Assembly (NCBI GenBank): GCA_951406725.2 | Contig: OX597826.1 | Coordinates: forward strand, 51,398,001-51,462,000 | Direction: 5' to 3' | DNA length: 64,000 nt | Origin: Octopus vulgaris | Taxonomy: Eukaryota | Shown here: positions 60,497-64,000 of the stretch, in pieces | Position numbering within the stretch: the first letter of the stretch is position 1 | How the letters are laid out: each line of letters begins with the position of its first letter | Notes under the pieces: model-generated | Seen by the model: only the letters and a program-made list of their open reading frames with translations | What the model was told of the DNA's origin: nothing | Databases searched by the model: none | Position numbers and translations under genes: made by a program

Positions 60497-61330
60497 TACA
60501 TGCATACATATATATATATACATACACACACATAAACACACACACAAACACACACACACATACATATACATAAATATGTACCTAGGATAAATCTTCTATT
60601 TATCGAGGTGTGTAGATGACAGATTAATGTGTAGCTATATACTTATAAATGTACTCACTTTTCTCATTGTCTGAGATTGCCGTACCTAGTACACTACAAG
60701 CACATGAACAGACAGACAAACAGGCAGACACACACATACATACATACGTACATACAGACACAGGCAGACACACAGACGTACAAATATTGTACGCACAGTC
60801 ACCACACACGTGCGAGTATAGTTGTGTAAGATGTATAGGCCAAGTATTTTAGGTAGCTATGTAGCCGACATGGGATCGAGACCCAACAGAATAGCAGACC
60901 GGCAGTAGCAACCAACAGGAGTTAATTTATAGTTCAGCATATTGGAAGTACAAAAATTTAAGGGTTTTGCTCAGGGATACAACCAATGCATTATCGTTTC
61001 GTTTTCCCCATTAAATTTACTGTTTTCCCTACATGTAAATTTTCCCTATAAGACGCAGGTATTGCTTCACAACCACACGGTTGCCACTGCGTGTCTCCTT
61101 GGGTGAAGGACTTCTACTATAAACTCAGGCAGACCAAAGCCTTTTGAGTGGAGTTTGTATATGAGGACAGAAAGAAGCCAATCACAGACACGCTCACACA
61201 CCTAGCCCCCACACAGACACACGCACATACACACATATATATGATATATATATATATATATATACATACATATATATATACATACACACACACATGTACG
61301 AATGTGTATATATATATATATTTATGAATG

Positions 61331-61384
<54 letters not shown>

Positions 61385-61405
61385 CATATAAATATAATTA
61401 TTTAC

Positions 61406-61454
<49 letters not shown>

Positions 61455-62063
61455 GCATCTTATACGCGTTTATTTATTTATATGAACATACATGAGATAT
61501 ATGTATGTTTCTCTTTATGTATATGTATATATATGTGTGTTTTTACCTAGACATATTTTCGTGCCAGAAATATATGTGAGTGTATATATGTAAATATGTA
61601 TTTGCGTGTGTATGTATGCATAGATATATGTATATGTATGTATATATACAGATATGTGTGTGTGCGTGTGAGTGTGTAAGTTTGTGTATGTGTGCGTGTA
61701 TTTTAGTATGCATGTATTCAAATATAATTCCACACAGGCTGTCTTGTAGAAAACGAGAAATTGCACAAGATTTTTTTTAATTTCTGTACCGAACATCAAA
61801 ATTAGGAGTTACAATGTGACAATGGTTAAGTTGAAAAAATATATATATATATAAAAAAAGTAAATAAAATTTACAGAATACAAATAAAAATGGTTTTAGC
61901 GCCATTCAAAGAACCTACATTCCCAATAGAAGATGCTGACAACAGTTTTATTGATTACTGAAATCATACAAAAGTACAGTAATTTTTACTTTCTCTTCTC
62001 TTTTACTTTCCCTTTCTCAGTTATTTCTCTCTTTTATTCCGTCCTCTCACTCCCTCTCCAACC

Positions 62064-62104
<41 letters not shown>

Positions 62105-62376
62105 GCTTTCTCTCTCTCTCTCTGTCTCACTCTCTCTTCTCGTTCTCGATTTGGACTCCTCTTATTCACTTACACCTCTCTAACACTGCTGCTTTTTATT
62201 TTCTCATAGCTTTCCTCGATCAGAACTGATAATAATCTTTACGTTTCGCGATTGTTGTGAGACGACTCGTCTAGATATATATATATTATATATATTAGGC
62301 GTTCATAATGTCGATTCTAAATTTTATGTGATTGATTGCCTATTGATTGATGATATATTTACTTAAGTGGTCACCC

Positions 62377-62447
<71 letters not shown>

Positions 62448-62735
62448 GAGAGACAGAAAGAAGTGGACGGGATTTTTCGCTTTTCTTTTGGTCTACTTGA
62501 AGTGATTTGCTTAATCTCTGCAACTGCAGGTAACATTTCCGCGTACAATTATCTGTTGGTACCTGCTTATATATATATGTAAATATGCATAAAGATATAG
62601 ATGCAAATGTACATGTATGCCCATACATATATACATACATACATACATACATGCATACATACATACATATATACATACATACATACATACATACATACAT
62701 ACATTCATACATACATTCATACATACATACATACA

Positions 62736-62771
<36 letters not shown>

Positions 62772-62940
62772 TGAATATATATCTCAGACACACACACACA
62801 CACACACAGATATATATATATCCAGCTATTGTGTATGTAGTTCACTCTTAGCCTTGAATGTAATGATATATGAATAATATATGGCGTGTACTGATACACC
62901 GGCGATTATAATTAATTTTATTGTATCGCATTTATCTTTG

Positions 62941-63002
<62 letters not shown>

Positions 63003-63059
63003 TAAATACATTCATATATACGCGTATATGTAAAGTCAATATGCGGTTATTATGTTCGA

Positions 63060-63595
63060 GCGAAATGCGTAGCAGTATTTTGTTTGCCGTTACGTTCTGA
63101 GTTCAAATTCCGCCGAGGTAGACTTTGCCTTTCATCCTTTCGGTGTCGATTAAATAAGTACCAGTTACGCACTGAGGCCGATGTAATCGACTTAATCCGT
63201 TTGTCTGTCCTTGTTTGTTCGCTCTGTGTTTAGCCCCCTGTGGGTAGTAAAGAAATAAGTATTTCGTCTGCCGCTACGTTCTGAGTTCAAAATCCGCCGA
63301 GGTCGACTTTACCTTTCATCGTTTCGGGGTAGATTAAATAAGTAAGAGTTACGCACTGGGATAGATATAATCAACTTAATCCGTTTGTCTTTTCTGTGTT
63401 TAGCCTCTTGTGGGTAGTAAGAAATAGGTATTTCGTCTGTCTTTACGTTCTGAGTTCAAAATCCGCCGAGGTCAACTGTACCTTTCATCCTTTCGGAGTC
63501 GATAAATTAAGTACCAGTTGCGTACTGGGGTTGATCTAATCGTGTCGTCCCCTCACCCCAAATGTTGGGCCTCGTGCCTAGAGTAGAAAATATTA
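63060..63595 (+). mobile_element. Head-to-tail chain of three family-A SINE bodies
   Basis: Three TTCTGAGTTCAAA..CCGCCGAGGT cores joined through GTAAAGAAATA(A/G)GTATTTCGTCTG. Confidence 0.85.
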
Positions 63596-64000
63596 TTTTA
63601 ATAGAAGTACAAGAAGGACGAGGAAATACTTATTTCCTTGTCCCTCCTCTCAGTAATTTTAAATTTTAAAAATTTATTCAAGGCTCGCCAGGTAGCCTAT
63701 TGAATCAATTTTAATATAGTGCCAGGGAAAGCTCAATATTTCAGTCAACACGAATCTTTCGTATGTGCACGTGTGTGTGTGTGTATATGTGTGCGTATGT
63801 ATTCTCGTATTCTGTTACTTCTCATAGTCATTTGATTGCAGCCATGCTGGAGCACCGCCTTAAGAGGTTTTATTTGTAGAAATCGACCCCGGGACTTATT
63901 CTTCGTAATCTTAGAATTTATTCTATCGGGATCGTAGCCGAACCACTAAGTTACAGGGATGTAAACACACCAACGTCGGTTGTCAAGCGATGGTTGGGGC

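Overview
AT-rich, microsatellite-saturated eukaryotic non-coding DNA. The (TA)n/(TATG)n/(TCTA)n/(TAA)n/(CA)n tracts and the SINE families look like a cephalopod (Octopus-type) genome; this is an inference. I see no intact host gene, and almost all ORFs in the track are translations of simple repeats. Recognisable elements are several tRNA-derived SINE families, two decayed Tc1/mariner transposases, a deleted hAT (Charlie/Buster-like) with an 8-bp TSD, a non-autonomous Helitron, RTE and R4/Dong-like LINE fragments and pogo/Tigger-like MITE ends. The most notable signal is a dispersed set of type I hammerhead ribozyme (HHR) motifs with minimal, palindromic stem III. Most sit in non-coding elements flanked by (TA)n, several arranged as tandem and/or inverted copies. 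The best case is a 642-bp head-to-tail repeat with one HHR per unit plus an inverted copy (14162-16009), a retrozyme or Penelope pseudo-LTR-like system predicted to release a 642-nt monomer RNA. All alignments and foldings were done by eye, so boundaries are approximate unless a TSD or TIR defines them.
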